Below, one piece after another: positions 7,780 through 8,981 of a DNA stretch of 8,981 nt. The notes beneath the pieces were generated by a model. It saw only the letters and a program-made list of their open reading frames with translations, ran no database searches and was not told the DNA's origin. The stretch lies in NCBI GenBank assembly GCA_054661495.1, contig BAAFSQ010000360.1, positions 1 through 8,981 of the forward strand, written 5' to 3'. How positions within the stretch are numbered: position 1 is the stretch's first letter; every line of letters starts with the position of its first letter. The DNA comes from Zygophlyctis sp. KS116. Taxonomy: Eukaryota; Fungi; Chytridiomycota. Both the position numbers and the translations under genes were made by a program.

Positions 7780-8522
7780 ATGGAAGAAATAGAGGAGGAG
7801 CGATTCTACCAGATGGCGAAAGAGATCAATATTCAAAAAACAGAAGATTGTATCTCAGCAGTGTTCCCTCTAGATTTCACTACTAATAAACTGATTCCAC
7901 AATTCATATTCAAAGGTTTGTGAAAAATCAGCCACTGTTGGGACCTTTTGAACAGAAACAGCATTTTGATCAATCCGGAAGCTATAAGAATAAGACAACA
8001 TCTTTGTTTATAGCCGGTAGGCTCATATGAAAGCTTAAAGAATCGATTTCAAAACTGTCAGAGGATTTGGACGTCAATTACTTTCCATGGAAGCACCTTA
8101 ATAAACAAGGAAACTTATGTTAAAAATCACAAAAAAATGGAACGGAAGAATGTTGAATATTTTAATTCAGTTGAACAATCAGAGAACTGGACAACTGAAA
8201 TGACCGAAATAGTCGGAAAGAAATGTGGACTATTACCCATGTTTTTGGTAAAACAAAAACCATAGTCGGTAATTCCGCACCTTGTAAAAGAAGGAAACTT
8301 GGTTAAAATTTGCTGTCATCTGACATCTTGGGTTAGAAATGTAATAGAGTTATCTTAATCATATAGTATAAAGATAATGGGATTTGGAAAAAGAAAGTCG
8401 GCCTGTCGCTTGAAATGGACAAACTAACTGTTCTAGAGTGTTACGATGCGAAAGCTGCTACTAACTTTGAAATCACACCGCCTACAACTCCAAAGAAAAG
8501 ACCGAGAATAATAAAACAATAA
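7780..8522 (+). pseudogene. Degraded ~220-240 aa gene of unknown function, possibly OB-fold, with a C-terminal NLS-like motif
   Basis: Runs from ATG 7780 (MEEIEEERFY...) to ...VIPHLVKEGNLVKICCHLTSW...YKDNGIWKKKVGLSLEMDKLTVLE...TPPTTPKKRPRIIKQ* (TAA 8520-8522). Candidate tiny introns 8017-8040 (24 nt) and 8341-8366 (26 nt) remove stops and restore frame. Residual frameshifts remain at ~7918 and ~8113, with a stop at 8263-8265. Confidence 0.5.
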
Positions 8523-8619
8523 TTGAATTAACTAATTTATTGAGTTCTAACTTTCCCCCTAACTCTCCAATACCCACATATAAAATAGCATAAAAAATAA
8601 AATTTTTTCAGGAACGCGC

Positions 8620-8735
8620 CAGTCACCAGTCACCGTGACTAGAGTTAAATTTATCGGATATAAATATACAGATAAAATTTTTTTAGTCCCAGGATAAATT
8701 TAAGTCAGTCATCGGATAAATTTGAGTTAGTCATC
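8620..8735. repeat. Cluster of 22-bp tandem repeats plus an inverted copy and a small dyad
   Basis: ggataaatttaagtcagtcatc (8692-8713) and ggataaatttgagttagtcatc (8714-8735) share 20/22 bases. There is a degenerate copy at 8670-8691 and an inverted copy at 8635-8655 (reverse complement gataaatttaactctagtcac). Also cagtcac x2 at 8620-8633 and the dyad agtcac-c-gtgact at 8628-8640. Confidence 0.85.
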
Positions 8736-8756
8736 GTTCTTTTTATCATTTTTTTT

Positions 8757-8981
8757 ATGTCGTCGAGACAAAAACTTTTAGAAGATGCAATTGCATCAAA
8801 AACCAGGGAAACTCATGCCATACTGACAGCCCGAGCGTTATCGTCTCAAACTGAATCAAAGGTCACAAGGGCAAATTATGACCACTATCAAGGACACTTT
8901 AAGGTAAATGCGTATTTATTAACGAGATAATAGAAATGGTCTAACTTCTTTTATAAAAATGATTCTGTATCAAGTGAGAAG
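8757..8981 (+). CDS. 5' part of a putative CryptonF/Ndc10-like (tyrosine-recombinase-related) protein, continuing beyond the window
   Basis: Exon 8757-8903, a 30-nt GT-AG intron 8904-8933 containing in-frame stops, and exon 8934-8981 open to the window edge. Translation: MSSRQKLLEDAIASKTRETHAILTARALSSQTESKVTRANYDHYQGHFK|KWSNFFYKNDSVSSEK. The T...Y...Q..FK.W......D.V..EK pattern recalls the N-terminal core-binding domain of fungal Crypton/Ndc10-like proteins. This ORF is absent from the supplied track. Confidence 0.55.

Noticed and set aside
8670-8735. CRISPR array
   Set aside because: The repeats are contiguous with no spacers, the context is eukaryotic, and there are no cas genes.
1-8981. 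Alternative genetic code (TAA/TAG = Gln) explaining the in-frame stops
   Set aside because: Some TAG stops sit at expected Trp positions, the same elements also carry frameshifts, and the intact-looking exons contain no in-frame TAA/TAG while using CAA/CAG for Gln.

Overview
AT-rich eukaryotic DNA, read with the standard code. The tiny GT-AG introns and fungal-type transposons suggest an early-diverging fungus or relative, but this is an inference. The left ~0.9 kb is an apparently intact leucine-rich-repeat gene built from 72-nt exons (one LRR each, one double exon) separated by 24-29-nt phase-2 introns. About 1.25-8.5 kb is a nest of decayed, deletion-shortened elements: a chromodomain Ty3/Gypsy split by an internally deleted hAT element, two more Gypsy fragments, two Ty1/Copia remnants, a frameshifted PIN-domain gene, and a PIF1-family (Helitron/Helentron-like) helicase pseudogene followed by an unknown, possibly OB-fold, pseudogene. 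The right end has a 22-bp tandem/inverted repeat cluster directly upstream of an intron-containing ORF that resembles the N-terminus of CryptonF/Ndc10-like proteins and runs off the window. Two long ORFs in the supplied track (2387..2923 and 3117..3815) are in-frame chimeras of unrelated TEs. All family assignments come from manual translation and motif recall; no database search was run.
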